DNA from: Eledone cirrhosa
Lineage: Eukaryota
NCBI GenBank assembly: GCA_964016885.1
Contig: CAXHJY010001421.1
Location: 29,260 to 93,259 of the forward strand
Reading direction: 5' to 3'
Length of the DNA: 64,000 nucleotides
The notes below the pieces were generated by a model, which did no database searches, was not told the origin of the DNA, and saw nothing but the letters and a program-made list of their open reading frames with translations. A program made the position numbers and the translations under genes. Shown here piece by piece: positions 28,920 to 43,313 of the stretch. Position 1 is the first letter of the stretch, and every line of letters starts with the position of its first letter.

Positions 28920-30168
28920 CTTAGCTTTTGTCGACCTGGAGAAAGCCTTCGACAGAGTCCCCCGCTCCATTATCTGGTGGGCTCTTAGAAAACTAGGCGT
29001 TGACGAATGGCTTGTGAGGGCTATACAAGCCATGTATAAAGAAACAGTCAGCAAGGTTAGAATTAACAACGAATATAGTGAAGAGTTTAGCGTAAAAGTT
29101 GGCGTCCATCAGGGCTCTGTTCTCAGCCCCCTACTATTTATTATTGCCCTTCAGGCTATAACAGAGGAGTTCAAGACAGGCTGCCCATGGGAACTCCTAT
29201 ACGCAGACGACCTGACACTCATAGCGGAATCAATGGCCGAGCTAGAGAAGAAATTCCAAACATGGAAGCACGGCCTAGAGTCAAAAGGACTTAAAATTAA
29301 CCTGGCTAAGACCAAAGTTCTAGTTTGTAGGAAAGAAAACAAGGCGGCGGTCCCTTCTGGGAAATGGTCGTGCTCGGTATGTAGGAAAGGCGTAGGTAGA
29401 AACTCCATCTTATGTCCTAAATGCAAAGTATGGGTGCATAAAAGATGTAGTGGGATCACAGGTAAGCTAACTAAGAACATAGACTTTACATGTGGCCGGT
29501 GTTCTGGTGCAATAAGTAGCAGCAAGTGCCCACAAAATACTAGCTCTTTCAATTGCGCAGAGGGTTCTATAGAAATAGTGGACAGCTTCCGTTACCTGGG
29601 CGATAAAATCAGCAGTGGGGGAGGGTGCTCTGAAAGTACTGTAGCTAGAGTCAGAACTGGTTGGAAAAAGTTCAGAGAGCTTATACCACTATTAGCTGCT
29701 AAAGGGTTCTCCCTAAAAATGAAAGGCAGGTTGTACGATGCCTGCATACGAACAGCATTGTTGCATGGTAGTGAGACCTGGGCATTGTGTGCAGAGGATA
29801 TACGCAGACTAGAGAGGAACGAAGCTTGCATGCTCCGCTGGATGTGTAACAGTAATATACGTGAACGGCAAAGCATAAACGAACTAAGGAAAAAATTAGA
29901 GATAAGAGGGATCAGATGTTGTTTACTCGAGAGAAGGCTGCGTTGGTATGGACACGTGATGCGCATGAAAGTCGATAGCTGTATTACAAAGTGCAGGGCA
30001 ATAAAGATAGACGGTAGCCACGGAATAGGCAGACCTAGAAAAACATGGGATGAGCTGATACACTCCGACCTCACACACTTACACCTCTCCAAGACAATGT
30101 CACTGGACCGTGACCTTTGGCGGTACTCAGTAACAGAGAAGACCCGCCTTGCCAGTAGGCATCTCTAA
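28920..30168 (+). CDS. 5'-truncated RTE LINE ORF: RT C-terminal half (YADD) + PHD-type zinc finger + C-terminus
   Basis: Open frame with [31 protein letters not shown]4HC3 motif, [15 protein letters not shown]; the N-terminus in the track is microsatellite. Confidence 0.93.
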
Positions 30169-30522
30169 CAAAATACACCCCTCCCGCCGCCACCCCCACC
30201 CCATCCACACCACCCCGTTCTATGTAAAGTTATGTTGGTGCCGCGCCATCGAGGCCGAAACAAATGAGATCGTGTAGGTGTCACGACAAAAAAACACACA
30301 GTCCACGCTGTAATGTGGCCGTGTAGGTAACACGGTAAAAACCTCCCAGACCCACACTGTAAATGTGGTTGGTGTTAGGAAGGGCATCCAACTGTAGAAA
30401 ACCTGCCAGACAGTCCTATGCGAGCAAGACAATCACTCTTGCCTCAAGTGGGACTACCCCCGTCCAAACCCATGCAAGCGTGGAACACGGACGTTAAACG
30501 TTGATGATGATGATGATGATGA
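30169..30522 (+). mobile_element. RTE 3' UTR and (ATG)n tail
   Basis: GGTGTTAGGAAGGGCATCC...CCCATGCAAGC...GGACGTTAAACG(ATG)n. Confidence 0.88.
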
Positions 30523-30726
<204 letters not shown>

Positions 30727-30771
30727 GTATATTTATATGTACACATGTGTATATATGTATGTATATACAAG

Positions 30772-30804
<33 letters not shown>

Positions 30805-30807
<3 letters not shown>

Positions 30808-30905
30808 GGGTGTCCCAAAAATAATATATACACACTTCAACAGCATTCTAATAAATATTGCCTATACAAATAATCAAAATGTGTATACATTTTTGGGACA
30901 ACCTG
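30805..30905. mobile_element. ~100-bp Tc1/mariner-type MITE
   Basis: TIR CAGGGTGTCCCAAAAA / TTTTTGGGACAACCTG, TA flanks. Confidence 0.85.
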
Positions 30906-31022
30906 TACATATATTATGTTTGGTCATTTGACCTGGCTTTTCTCAAACAGGACAACTCGTCTAACCCATGCTAACATGGAAAAATAGAAGTTTAACAGAG
31001 GTGATGATGATGATGAATATAT

Positions 31023-31062
<40 letters not shown>

Positions 31063-31065
<3 letters not shown>

Positions 31066-31405
31066 GTATTTGCCAGCGTCAAAGACACTACTTTTTTTCT
31101 AAAATAAGTCTCAAAATTCTACCATGCGTCCTGGAGGCCAATGTTTGTTTATTATTCTTTTTTAAATTGGGCGGTGGATTGGCAGTATCGGTAGAGGGTC
31201 GGACGCCATGCTTTCCAGCATAGTTGCATCCCTTTACGATCTAAGTTCAAATCCCGCCAAGGGATCCTTACGGGATCGATAAAATAAAGTACCAGTAATG
31301 CACTGTGCCTAAAAGTAGAAACAATTATTTTTTTTTTAATTTTTGGTTTTCAAAATTAGGGTGTGTCCTAGAGGATGAAGCGTCTTCGGGACCAGGAAAT
31401 ACACT
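31063..31405. mobile_element. pogo-like MITE with a nested SINE A (31168-31327, plus)
   Basis: Ends TACCGTATTT / AAATACACTA; SINE inside. Confidence 0.6.
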
Positions 31406-31417
31406 AAATATATATAT

Positions 31418-31538
31418 AATGAAGGAAATGTGGTGAGGAACCAGGTGGACCATAATACACCAGAGTACTCAATACATAGGGTAGTAGAGTGGGTAATAGG
31501 AAAAGAGTCAGGATTCCGGGTCCTGACTCTTTTCCTAT
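31418..31538 (-). mobile_element. Fold-back family member with short arms (about 17 bp)
   Basis: Tail homologous to 27753-27831; hairpin taggaaaagagtcagga / tcctgactcttttccta. Confidence 0.75.
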
Positions 31539-32188
31539 CATGCAAGCGTGGAATATGGACGTTAAACGATGATGATGATGATGATATATATATATGACTC
31601 TTTTCCTATATATATATATATATGTACATATATATATATATATATATGTATATGTATATATTATATGTATACATATATGTGTGTATGTATAGCCAACATA
31701 CATTGTATGCTACACAAATACATTACATCCTTCTTAAGACTAGCTACATGCCCTAAACTCTTTCTCAACCCTAAAATCCATATCTAAATACCTGTTACAT
31801 ATAATTACAATAATCCTTAAATTACGGTCAGATACAACCTGAAAATCTACCTGCAGCTCTTACATACACATACACATAAACATATACGTATACATATATA
31901 CACTTATATACATACAGACATAAATACATATATACATACACATACATGCACATACATACACACACTCATATACACATACATACACACATACATACACACA
32001 TACATACACACATACACATACACACGTATATAAACATGCACATATACGTATACATATATATACTCATATACATACACATATATACGCATACATACACACA
32101 CACACACATAGACATACCCACGCATATACATATGCATACACATACAGACATAGACATACACACACACATACCATTGATATATATATGT

Positions 32189-33054
32189 ACTGTAGAACCT
32201 TGGTTCACAAACTTAATTCATTCCTGAAGACATTCGTCATCCGAAATGTTCGTAAACCGAAATTATTTTTCCCATACGAAATCATCATCATCATCATCAT
32301 CATCATCACCCTTTTACATCCGTTCTTCCACACTAGCATGCGTTAGATGGGTTGTACTGTTGTGGGCAGTGTCTGGTCGGCTGACCATGCCTTGCTCATA
32401 CAGGAACTGATTTGGCTTGATTTCTACAGCTGGATGCCCTTCCTAACACCAACCTCATTTACAGTGAGTGCTGGGTGCTTTTTCGTGGTGCCTACACGTC
32501 CACTTTACAGTGTGGGCTGGGTGCTTTTTTTGCCGTGGCACCTCCACGACCACCTTGCAGTGGGGGGTGTGGGGGCATATTGTCTATATGCTTCAGCTTG
32601 TACCCATGGGAGGTCGGGTACTCTGTATTACTGCATGACGCCAGAGGTCACGGTCGTGTGTCATCGCCTTTGAGAGGTGTAATTGGGTAAGGTCGGCTTT
32701 TATCACCTCATCCCAGGTCTTCTTGGGTCTCCCCACTCCGCGGTTTCCATTGACTTCTAGTGCTCTGCACCTTTTTATGCAGCTGTCATCCTTCATACGC
32801 ATCACAAAATGTTGAGAGAAAGACTGTGTGTGAAAAACAGATCATAGTAACATGTAGATATCATCATAGTAACTCACTTCAAAGCATGTGAAGCTTTCCT
32901 GCCGATACTTCCAGCTTGTTGCCAGCTACTGTCGCCAACTTGTGTATTTGTTACTCAACACACTATTCGTGAACCAAAACGTTTTATGTTTGAAAAAAAA
33001 TTCATGAATTGATTTGTTCATGATGAGAGGTGGTTGTGAACCGAGGTTCCACTG
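32189..33054. mobile_element. Tigger-like MITE interrupted by an RTE 3' fragment (32283-32805, minus)
   Basis: TIR CTGTAGAACCTTGGTTCACAA / TTGTGAACCGAGGTTCCACTG; insert encodes MRMKDDSCIKRC..GRPKKTWDEV. Confidence 0.8.
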
Positions 33055-33241
33055 TATATATATATATATATCATTATCATCATCATCATCATCGTTTAAC
33101 GTCCATGTTCCACGCTTGCATGGGTTTGGACGGGAGTTTTCCCACTTGAGGCAAGAGTGGTTGTCATTGCTCGCATAGGACTGTCTGGCGGGTTTTCTAC
33201 AGCTGGATGCCCTTCCTAACACCAATATATATATATATAAA

Positions 33242-33284
<43 letters not shown>

Positions 33285-33399
33285 TCCATACAATGATCGT
33301 GTCTCGAGCTATCTGCCGGCAAAACAATTGTAACACACAATGAACTGAGTCCAGATGCATCACTGATTTTTTGTTTTATATTATATATATATATATATA

Positions 33400-34285
33400 C
33401 GAGGTGTATCAGAAAAGTTCCAGTACTGATGTCACAAAAGATTTATTTCAAACCCAAACTTCACACTAAGAGTTTTCTCCTTCAAAGTAATCCCCCTGGA
33501 GTATGTAACTGTAATCTTAGCTCTCTGTAGTGATCAAACTTTTTTCCTCATAATTTTATATACATGTCCTCTGTTTCAGGTCGTCAAGCAATGAGCACAG
33601 AGCAACGAACAAACTTGCAGTTTCTGGTACGGTTGGGGAAAACTTTGTCAGAAGCACTGGGATTGCTGCAGCAAGTGTATGGAGATGAGACGATGTCATG
33701 TTCATGTGTTTTTGAATGGTGCAAGATGACCCCAGGAGCGGAAGCCCTCAACAACCAGGACTGAGGTTAACGTTGAGCGCGTCAGGCAGATGGTGCGTAG
33801 CAATCTTCGGCTGACTGTTCGACTGATGGCAAATGAGCTGGGCATTAATCGGGACAGCGTCTGGAAGATTCTTACTGAAGATTTGGACATGCGGAAAGTC
33901 TGCGCGAAGATAGTGCCAAAACTGCTGAACGATGACCAGAAGGGTCAACACATGCAAGTGTGCTAAGTCATCCTCGAGCGTCTTGAAACCGAACCAGACT
34001 TGCTAGGGACAGTCATCACCGGTGATGAGTCATGGATCTTCGAGTATGACCCGGAGAGGACCCGTTTTGAAGACGTGGACGACATCAAAAAGGCCATGAC
34101 GATGGAACTGCAGAGGATCCTGAAAGAATCCTTCCAGGAGTGCATGCAAGCGTGGCAGAAAAGGATGGAAAGGTGCATTAGACTCCAGGGGGATTACTTT
34201 GAAGGAGAAAACTCTTAGTGTGAAGTTTGGGTTCGAAATAAATCTTTTGTGACATCAGTCCTGGAATATTTTCTGACACACCTCG
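33400..34285 (+). mobile_element. Defective mariner transposon with ~103-bp TIRs
   Basis: TA flanks; transposase pieces EQRTNLQFLVRLGK, VITGDESWIFEYDPE, CIRLQGDYFEG; catalytic middle deleted. Confidence 0.92.
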
Positions 34286-34300
34286 TATATATATATAAAA

Positions 34301-34489
34301 TAATTGTTTCTACTTTAGGCACAAGGCCAGCAATTACCCAGTGCATTACTGGTACTTTATTTTATCGACCCCGTAAGGATGAAAGGCAAAGTCAACCTCG
34401 GCGGGATTTGAACTCAGATCGTAAAGGGATGTAACTATACTGGAAAGCATGGCGTCCGACCCTCTACCGATACTGCCAATCCACCGCCC
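34301..34489 (-). mobile_element. SINE family A
   Basis: Near-identical to 24357-24547. Confidence 0.9.
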
Positions 34490-34500
34490 TATATATATAT

Positions 34501-34876
34501 AAAATAATAAGTGCAAATCAACATGTTAAAGTTGGCTTCATTTATTCACATTCGCTGCTATACATATTTCAGTGACAGCGATTATTGGTTATAACCTCAT
34601 CAGGTAGTAAGAATTTAGGCAGAAAAAACAGGAAAACATGATGTTGTAATGGGTTCTATCCTGTTAATTCATCTTATTGCCTGATGAGGTCATAACCAAT
34701 AATGGCTGTCAGTGAAATATGTATAGCAGCGAATGTGGATAAATGAAGCCAACTTTAACATGTTGACTTGCACTTATTATTTTACATTACTCCGGAGTAA
34801 ACAAACCAACCTGCGCACTTCGTTGAGTGCTCCAACCTGCATACTGAGGTGTCGGTAAACAACCAACATATACTCA
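34501..34876 (+). mobile_element. Fold-back element with a hammerhead core on both arms plus a tail
   Basis: Arms about 34501-34625 / 34653-34783; TCATCAG 34597, CTGATGA 34681, GAAA 34714; tail with CCGGAGTA and TTGAGTGCT. Confidence 0.75.
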
Positions 34877-35569
34877 ATATATATATATATAAGATATATG
34901 TGTGTGCATCCAGCCATAGAAACCAAGCTCAAATCAGTTCTGTGTGAGCGAATCATTATCATGATCATCATTATCATCATCATCATTCTCATCATCATCA
35001 TTATCAACATCATCATTTTGCATCCATTTCCTCTGATAACAAGGGTGTATATGTATATCTGTATATACATGGGACAAGGGAATGGGTGAAGGCTTCAAGA
35101 CCATCATCTCTGTTCATTCCCTTGTCATTTTAGTTTGGATTGCCTTGAGAACATAACCTTATTATGTAATGAAGCTGTCAGATAAGATCATAGCACTAGT
35201 TACGCGGAATCGCATTGCCACTGATGTCATTGAAATATGTATCACAACCTTATCAATAAAGGACTTTAACGTATGCAACTACTTCACATTTTGTTATTCT
35301 AAATATACTCTGTCATTCCTATGTGAAAAAATGTATGTATATAGACTCTGCTAAGAATATTGCAATCGCTTGTCAGATTATAGAGTTTGGTGCACTTTTA
35401 GACTATGACCAGCCACACAAACCTGTAACATATCCTGAACAAGCAATGCCTGTGCTTTGAAGGTTTTTTAAGTGGGGAAAGGCCTTGCACTCAACCAATC
35501 CCACTCTCTTAGCATCGAAAACACTACCCGAAAAGAAGCACTGGTCAACATCATCCTGACAAACAGAGC

Positions 35570-35910
35570 CTAACATGTTTTAGTCAAAGGAGTACAATCA
35601 AACACAGCCAAAGTCAGTAGTGGCATTCCACAAGGCACTGTGTTGGACCCACTTCTTTTCATTATCTATATCAATGACATTACTGATGTCATCAAGCACA
35701 GTAACATAGGAATCGTTGCAGATGATTCCAAGCTCCAGAAGATCCGCAAAGGAGTGGGGAATGGACATGTCTTCAATCAGATCTACTGGCTGTTATCCAA
35801 TGAGCGGAAGAAAACAATATGCTGCTGAACAAGGTTAAATTCGAATTAATCCACTTTGGAAAAGAGGATGCACTGAAAATCTCATTTTCCCTTCCTTCAG
35901 GTGAAACTCA
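35570..35910 (+). pseudogene. CR1/L2-type reverse transcriptase fragment
   Basis: VSSGIPQGTVLDPLLFIIYINDI..VADDSKL. Confidence 0.85.
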
Positions 35911-35911
35911 T

Positions 35912-36445
35912 TGTTCTGTTGTGAGCAGGGTATGGCATCTCCAACTGGCCAAACTTGCCTCATAACGGGGCCACACAGCTCGACACTGTAAATGTGGGTG
36001 TGGCTTCCAAACTATGGTTCTGTTGTGAGAAGGGTATGGCATGGCCAACTGGCCTGTCCCTCATCATAGCGATGCCATGCAATTCTACACTGTAAATGTG
36101 GGTGTGACTCCATGGCTCCGGTGTGAGCAGAGTATGATGTGGCCAACTAGCTGTCCCTCTTCATAATGGTGCCATACAGTTCCAAACTGTAAACGAGGTT
36201 AAAGCTCCCCCAAAATTGTTCCACTGTGAGCAAGGGGCAGTGAGGCTAACTGGCCTCTCCCGCCTCATAGCTGTGTCATCCAGTTCCACACAGTAAATAT
36301 GGTTGGTGTTAGGAAGGGCATCCAGCTGTAAAAATCGCAGACATATTTACACTTCTGTCTGAGCAAGACTTGTCTCATGACGTGGATAACCCGTCTAACC
36401 CATGCAAGCATTGAAAATAGACGTTAAACGATGATGATGATGATG
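35912..36445 (+). mobile_element. RTE-type 3' UTR with diverged internal repeats (~95-105 bp) and tail
   Basis: Repeated gtgagcag..ccaactggcc..cactgtaaat units, then GGAAGGGCATCC and (ATG)n. Confidence 0.7.
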
Positions 36446-36490
36446 ATTATATATATATATATATATGTGAGTATATATATATATATGTGA

Positions 36491-36535
<45 letters not shown>

Positions 36536-36627
36536 CTGGTAAATTCCTGATCTATATATATATATATACACACACATATATATATACTGGTAAATTCCTG
36601 ATCTATATATATATACACATGTATGTA

Positions 36628-36684
<57 letters not shown>

Positions 36685-36810
36685 TCATCATCATCATCAT
36701 CATCATGATTCATCGTTTAACGTCCATCAAATATATATATAATATATATATATATGATGGACGTTAAACGATGATGATGATGATGATGATATATATATAT
36801 ATATATATAT

Positions 36811-36999
36811 AACGAAGGAAATGTGGTCAGGAACCAGGTGGACCATAACGCACCAAAGTACTCAATACTTAGGGTAGTAGAGTGGGTAACAGGAACAAGT
36901 AAGACCCCGACGGCTGAGCTCAAGCCGTTTCGACGGCTAATTCTGGACTGAATTAGCCGTCGAAACGGCTTGAGCTCAGCCGTCGGGGTCTTACTTGTT

Positions 37000-37002
<3 letters not shown>
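36811..37002 (-). mobile_element. Fold-back family member with perfect ~52-bp arms
   Basis: 36891-36942 vs 36949-37002; tail 36811-36890. Confidence 0.8.
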
Positions 37003-37047
<45 letters not shown>

Positions 37048-37188
37048 TACATACATGTGTATATATATATAGATCAGGAATTTACCAGTATATATGTATG
37101 TGTGTGTATATATATATAGATCAGGAATTTACCAGTATATACATATGTATATATATATACTCACATATATATATCCATATATATATAT

Positions 37189-37256
<68 letters not shown>

Positions 37257-37924
37257 ATGAATATATATATATATATATGTATATATATATGTATGAATAT
37301 ATAGATATAGATATATATTAACTTACATGTATACTGGGATCAGATCAATCACTTTTCGTGCATAATTCATGTGGTTTGCTATTGGAATTGGTAATGGTCA
37401 TCAAAATACATACCAGCAGCCACCATTATATACACACACACAGTTTCTGTGTGAATATTAATATTCACCCATCTTTTTTCTTGACAATTGTATCTGGACC
37501 CATCCTCAAATTATCTGTTTAACACATACACACACAGATATATAGATGTGTGTGTATATATGTATGTGTGTGTGTGTGTGCGTGTGTGTATACATGTGTG
37601 TATGTGTGTGTGTGTGTATACATTTTTATTCATGCACACATATACGCACACACTCATATATATATAAATACATAAATATTTAGAGAAAATAGTGTATATG
37701 TATGTCTGAATTTATTTTTGCATGTGTATATATAATATATATATATATATATATGAAAACCTGCCAGATAGTCCTATACAAGCAAGACACGACCACCCGA
37801 TCAATCTTGCCTCAAGTGGGACAATTTCTGTCTAACCCATGCTAGCGTGGCAGATTGACATTAAACGATGATGATGATGATATAAATAAATAAATATATA
37901 TATATATATATATTACATGTTATA

Positions 37925-39435
37925 AGGGGAATGAGGGACAGAGATCAATAATTGGTTTTGCTATTGTCTCTGATGTGTTTGATTCTGTGCTGGATGTTAA
38001 GAGAGGGACTGAGCTGTCAACTGATCACCATCTAGTTATCTGCAGCTTGTGACTACCTAAAGCCCAAGAAGCCTACAAAACTGACAGGTCCAGGGTGACC
38101 TATACAATAAAGTGGGAAGCATTAACGGATAAGGAAGTCAGGACCAGGTATTCAGATACTATTGCATTCAAATTCAGAGAATTCTCTGAGCAAACTGAGG
38201 ATGTTGAAACAGAGTGAAGATTTTTCTCAGCCATTTCTGCTTCAGCTGTTAAATTCTGCAGGCAAAAGAGGCTTAGTGTAACACCGGATGACAGGAGGAC
38301 CCCTTGGTTCAATCAAGAGGTCAATGATGCCATCTGAACAAAGAAGGAGGCCTTCAAAGCATGCATTGAAAATCAGTCCTCTTTCTTGCATTTGCAGTAC
38401 AAGCAGACAGGAATAATCGCAGCAGAGACAGTAAAGGTGTCCAAAGTTAAGATATGAGATGACTTTGGTGTTAAGCTGGAATCCACATTCAAATCAACAA
38501 CTAAAGTGATCTGGAATCATCTGCCGATTTCATAATAAGAAGACCTCCTCCACACCTGCTATCAGGAATGTGTCAGAGGTTCTCCTCTCTTCAGGGAGGT
38601 GCATCCTTCTGAGATGGAGGGAATATTTTGCTGATATCCTAAACCCGAGCAAAAGAGCATCTTCTGATGTACACGAGGTGCATCTGGGAGTAGTGACTAA
38701 TCTCTCGGTAGAAGAAATCCGGTCCGAGATGTTAGAAGCCTTAAATAGAGAAGGTATTCTCTGGCTGATTTATGTGTGCTGAGTGGCCTGGATCTCTGGA
38801 ATGGCACCTAAGCAATGGCAATTGGGAGTGGAAATTCCAATTTTCAAAAAGGGAGACAAGAGCGGTTGTTCCAATTATAGAGGGATCTGGCAAAGAGATG
38901 TAAGGAGATTATCGAGTTCAAGCTACCTGATGAACAGTGCAGTGTTTGCCCCGGATGCAGCACAGCCTACCAAGTATTCACATTACAGTAGGTCTTCAAG
39001 AGATCATGGAAATATTGCAAAGAAGTATATTCTTGTTTTGTCGACCAAGAAAAGACATATGACTACATTCCTTGAGACCTGCTTTGGAAGGTTCTGCAGG
39101 AGTATGGGATCGATGGTCAGCTTTTTGCTATCCTGAAGTCTCTTTTGAATGCCCAAGTATATGTGTTCAGATAAGTGGTGCTAAATCGAAACCATTCAAT
39201 GATGGAGTCAGACTCAGCAACCTCTCCTGTTCATTATTTCCATGAACAGGATTGACGTGCACAGCCGGGTTGGAAGTGGTATCATAGCTGGCAGGTGTAA
39301 AATCAGTCAGCTGGAATTTGCAGATGACATGATGTTACTTAACTTGACAGAAAATGATCTTCGACTTACACTTCATAGATTTGATGCCGAGTGTTGCATG
39401 GCTGGAATGAAAATCAGTGCTGGGAAAACTGAAGA
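37925..39435 (+). pseudogene. Decayed RTE (Rex3/Expander-like) ORF: APE end to RT
   Basis: ELSTDHHLV, TPWFNQEV, RWREYF, PIFKKGD..CSNYRGI, FADD across several frames with stops. Confidence 0.88.
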
Positions 39436-39566
39436 GACTGGAGTAACATTAACTGAAGTGTCTTGCTCAATGAAACTATGTGCCACTTGCGCTGGGAGTT
39501 ACACTCATAACCTTACAATCATGAGCCCAACATGTTAGCCACTAGACTTCACACCTCCTCATTATC

Positions 39567-39752
39567 GTTGAATTGGCAGTATCGGTAGAGAGTCGGATGC
39601 CATGCTTTGACGTATGGAGTTACGGCCCTTGCCATTCTGAGTTCAAATCCCGCCGAGGTTAATTTTGCCTTTCATCCTTACGGGGTTTATAAAATAAAGT
39701 ACCAGTAATGCACTGGGTAATTGCTGGCCTTGTGCCAAAAGTAGAAACAGTT
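39567..39752 (+). mobile_element. SINE family A
   Basis: TTGGCAGTATCGGTAGAG...GAGTTCAAATCCCGCCGAGG. Confidence 0.88.
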
Positions 39753-40535
39753 ATTTCTATTAGATTATGTAAAATTGTGTAAAACAATAATATCCATGAC
39801 TTGTTTTATTTAACTCTTCAAATGCTTATAGTACATTTAGTAATAAACAGATTGTCTTGAACATTTACAGTATTATCTCTTAACAACCGAAAATTTGCAG
39901 TATTAAAGAAAAGATGGTAAATATTAAAATGTTATTGTGATGCAGTCATATAACTTTTGTATTCTATAAGAATGTTGCTAATGTTGTTTCATGTGGTGCA
40001 GGGTATTATGTATGTTTTATGTGGTACAGGGTATTATGTATGTTTTATGTGGTACAGGATGTTATGCAGTCATATAACTGTTTTGTATTCTTCAAGCATG
40101 CCTTGCTAATGTTGTTTCATGTAGTACAGGGTATTATGCAGACATAGTACTGTTTTGTACAAAATGCCTTGTTAATGTTGTTTCATGTGGTACAGGGTGT
40201 GATAAGTTAATTTCTTGTAGTTGATGGCATCATTGATTTCAGTTCAAACAACAGCAGAGAAAACTTATCAATTTCATCCAACCATGGATTGAGAAAATCA
40301 GTTACAACAGAATATATAGGAGGTCGACTCACTCAACTACACATTTCCATAGGCTAAACCATTATATTGAGCCTAATCAAACTGAATCAATACATATGCA
40401 TATATGATCACACATTACTAAAAGTGCACGTGTGTGTATGTTGGACATATGTATGCATGTATATATATATTTATATATATATATAACATACGTATGTACA
40501 CAATATTACATTCATTCATTATTATACACACACAC

Positions 40536-40567
<32 letters not shown>

Positions 40568-40687
40568 TTATGTGGTTGTCTGCATGCGTGTAGATAGTGA
40601 TTAAATATGTATATGTAGGTGTATGCATGTTAAAAGGAGTATGTGTAAGTAAAAGTATCTCTCCATCTGTAGGTAATTATATATATA

Positions 40688-40760
<73 letters not shown>

Positions 40761-40879
40761 CATACATATATATACATACATACGTATATATATATATATA
40801 TATACATACGTATATATATATATACATACATACGTATATATATATATATACATACGTATATATATATATACATACATAC

Positions 40880-40927
<48 letters not shown>

Positions 40928-40936
40928 GTATGTATG

Positions 40937-40979
<43 letters not shown>

Positions 40980-41351
40980 CATTGATAGAGAGCTATACAC
41001 ACACACATTCACTTCTGTATTCATGTATGCAAATTTATTGGTGTACATGCATATGCATGAGATACACTCATGCATATCCAAATTGAGAGTGATAACTGTC
41101 TAGGTGGTAAATGTTATTGTGTATGCAAGTATGCATATATATATATATATATATATATACTCATATAAATCCATATACATATCGATCTATCTTTCTTTCT
41201 ATATATATATATATATCTTTGTATATAAATATATATACACATATTTGTATATGTACAAGTATGTGTATGTTTGTTCATATATATATATATATTTATATAT
41301 GTATATATATATATATATATAATATATACGTATATATATATATAATATATA

Positions 41352-41413
<62 letters not shown>

Positions 41414-41535
41414 GCATATATATATATATATACATACGTATATATATATATTTATTATTATTACTATAAATATATATATGTGTGTATGTATCATCATTGT
41501 TTAACAGCCATTTTCTATGCTAGCATGGGTTAGAC

Positions 41536-41588
<53 letters not shown>

Positions 41589-41589
41589 C

Positions 41590-41686
<97 letters not shown>

Positions 41687-41687
41687 C

Positions 41688-41739
<52 letters not shown>

Positions 41740-41740
41740 G

Positions 41741-41791
<51 letters not shown>

Positions 41792-41792
41792 G

Positions 41793-41848
<56 letters not shown>

Positions 41849-41849
41849 C

Positions 41850-41884
<35 letters not shown>

Positions 41885-41885
41885 C

Positions 41886-41959
<74 letters not shown>

Positions 41960-42145
41960 GAGTCTCGGGTTCAATCGGGGGTAACCACAGTAAGGTAATC
42001 AATACATTAGTAGAGTTTAAACATCAAATTTAATGTAGAAATGTCTTCTACAGGAGTAGCACTGTTTCATTTGAAAGATGTCATCAGGAAAGCCCTGATG
42101 ATTTCTTTCAAATGAAACAGTTCTAGTCCTGTAGAAGCCATTAAA
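41960..42145 (-). mobile_element. Fold-back element with hammerhead cores on both arms plus a tail
   Basis: Arms 42045-42137 centred on TCATCAGgaaagccCTGATGA; GAAACAG on both strands. Confidence 0.7.
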
Positions 42146-42232
42146 TTTTATATATATATGCGTGTGTGTGTAGGTATGTATATTTACCTATCCTTACCTT
42201 GATTGGGTGAATATATGACTTCATATGAATGC

Positions 42233-42263
<31 letters not shown>

Positions 42264-42312
42264 GATAGATAGAGAGAGAGATATATATATATACACAGAC
42301 ACATTCAGATAT

Positions 42313-42370
<58 letters not shown>

Positions 42371-43251
42371 GTTTAATTGTGTTTGAATGTCTTTGAATAA
42401 GTATGCATTGAAATTATATCTATCTAATAATGGCAAATATATACATGTGCACACATACACAAATGGAGAGATGCTGTGCTGAAGAGGCCCCATATATATA
42501 TATGCATATACATATACATATATACACATATATATGTATATACACACATATATATATATATATATTCACACACATATATATATATATAACCATATATGGG
42601 TGGGTGGGGAGGTTTGTATATATGATACCATATTACTGTGTATACATATTCTCATGGACTGACATATGAGATTCCATATGATTGCATATTCAAATTGACA
42701 AGGTGAGTGAGGAAGTGACATACTATAACTGGGAGCGTATTAGAGAGAGAGAGTGGTAGAGAGAGTGAGTTGTAGAAAGAGTGATAGAGGGAGAAAGGAG
42801 AGAGTAAATGATGGAGAGAGTGGATGATAGACAGAGAAGAGAGATTGTGAAAGAGAGAGAGTTATTAAGACAGAAGGAGAGAGTGGATGATAGACAGAGT
42901 GAATATGATAGAGTGTGGGTAATAGAGAGATGATGAGAGAGAGCGAATGGTAGAGAGAGAGAGAGAGAGAGAGAGAGTAAGTGAGGGATAAAGAGAGGAG
43001 TGATTGAATGATAGAAAGAAAAGGAGTGAGTGAATGATAGAGAGAGAAAGAGTGACAAGCAAAGAGACAGATAGACTGACTCACAGATGGAAAGAAAGTG
43101 AAAAAGCCGGAAGAGTTTATTAGATTTTACATAAATTCATAGAAATTCATAAAACTTTCACTGGTTATAAATATTTATACTCACAAGCAGAGACTATCAT
43201 ACATTTACAGATATTCATATATATATATATATATGTGTACATATATATATC

Positions 43252-43313
<62 letters not shown>

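Noticed and set aside
32225-32275. CTGAAGA..GAAA inside the Tigger-like MITE
   Set aside because: Stems do not form; explained by subterminal repeats
42650-42718. Plus-strand donor AAG|GTGAGT
   Set aside because: No convincing acceptor or reading frame upstream
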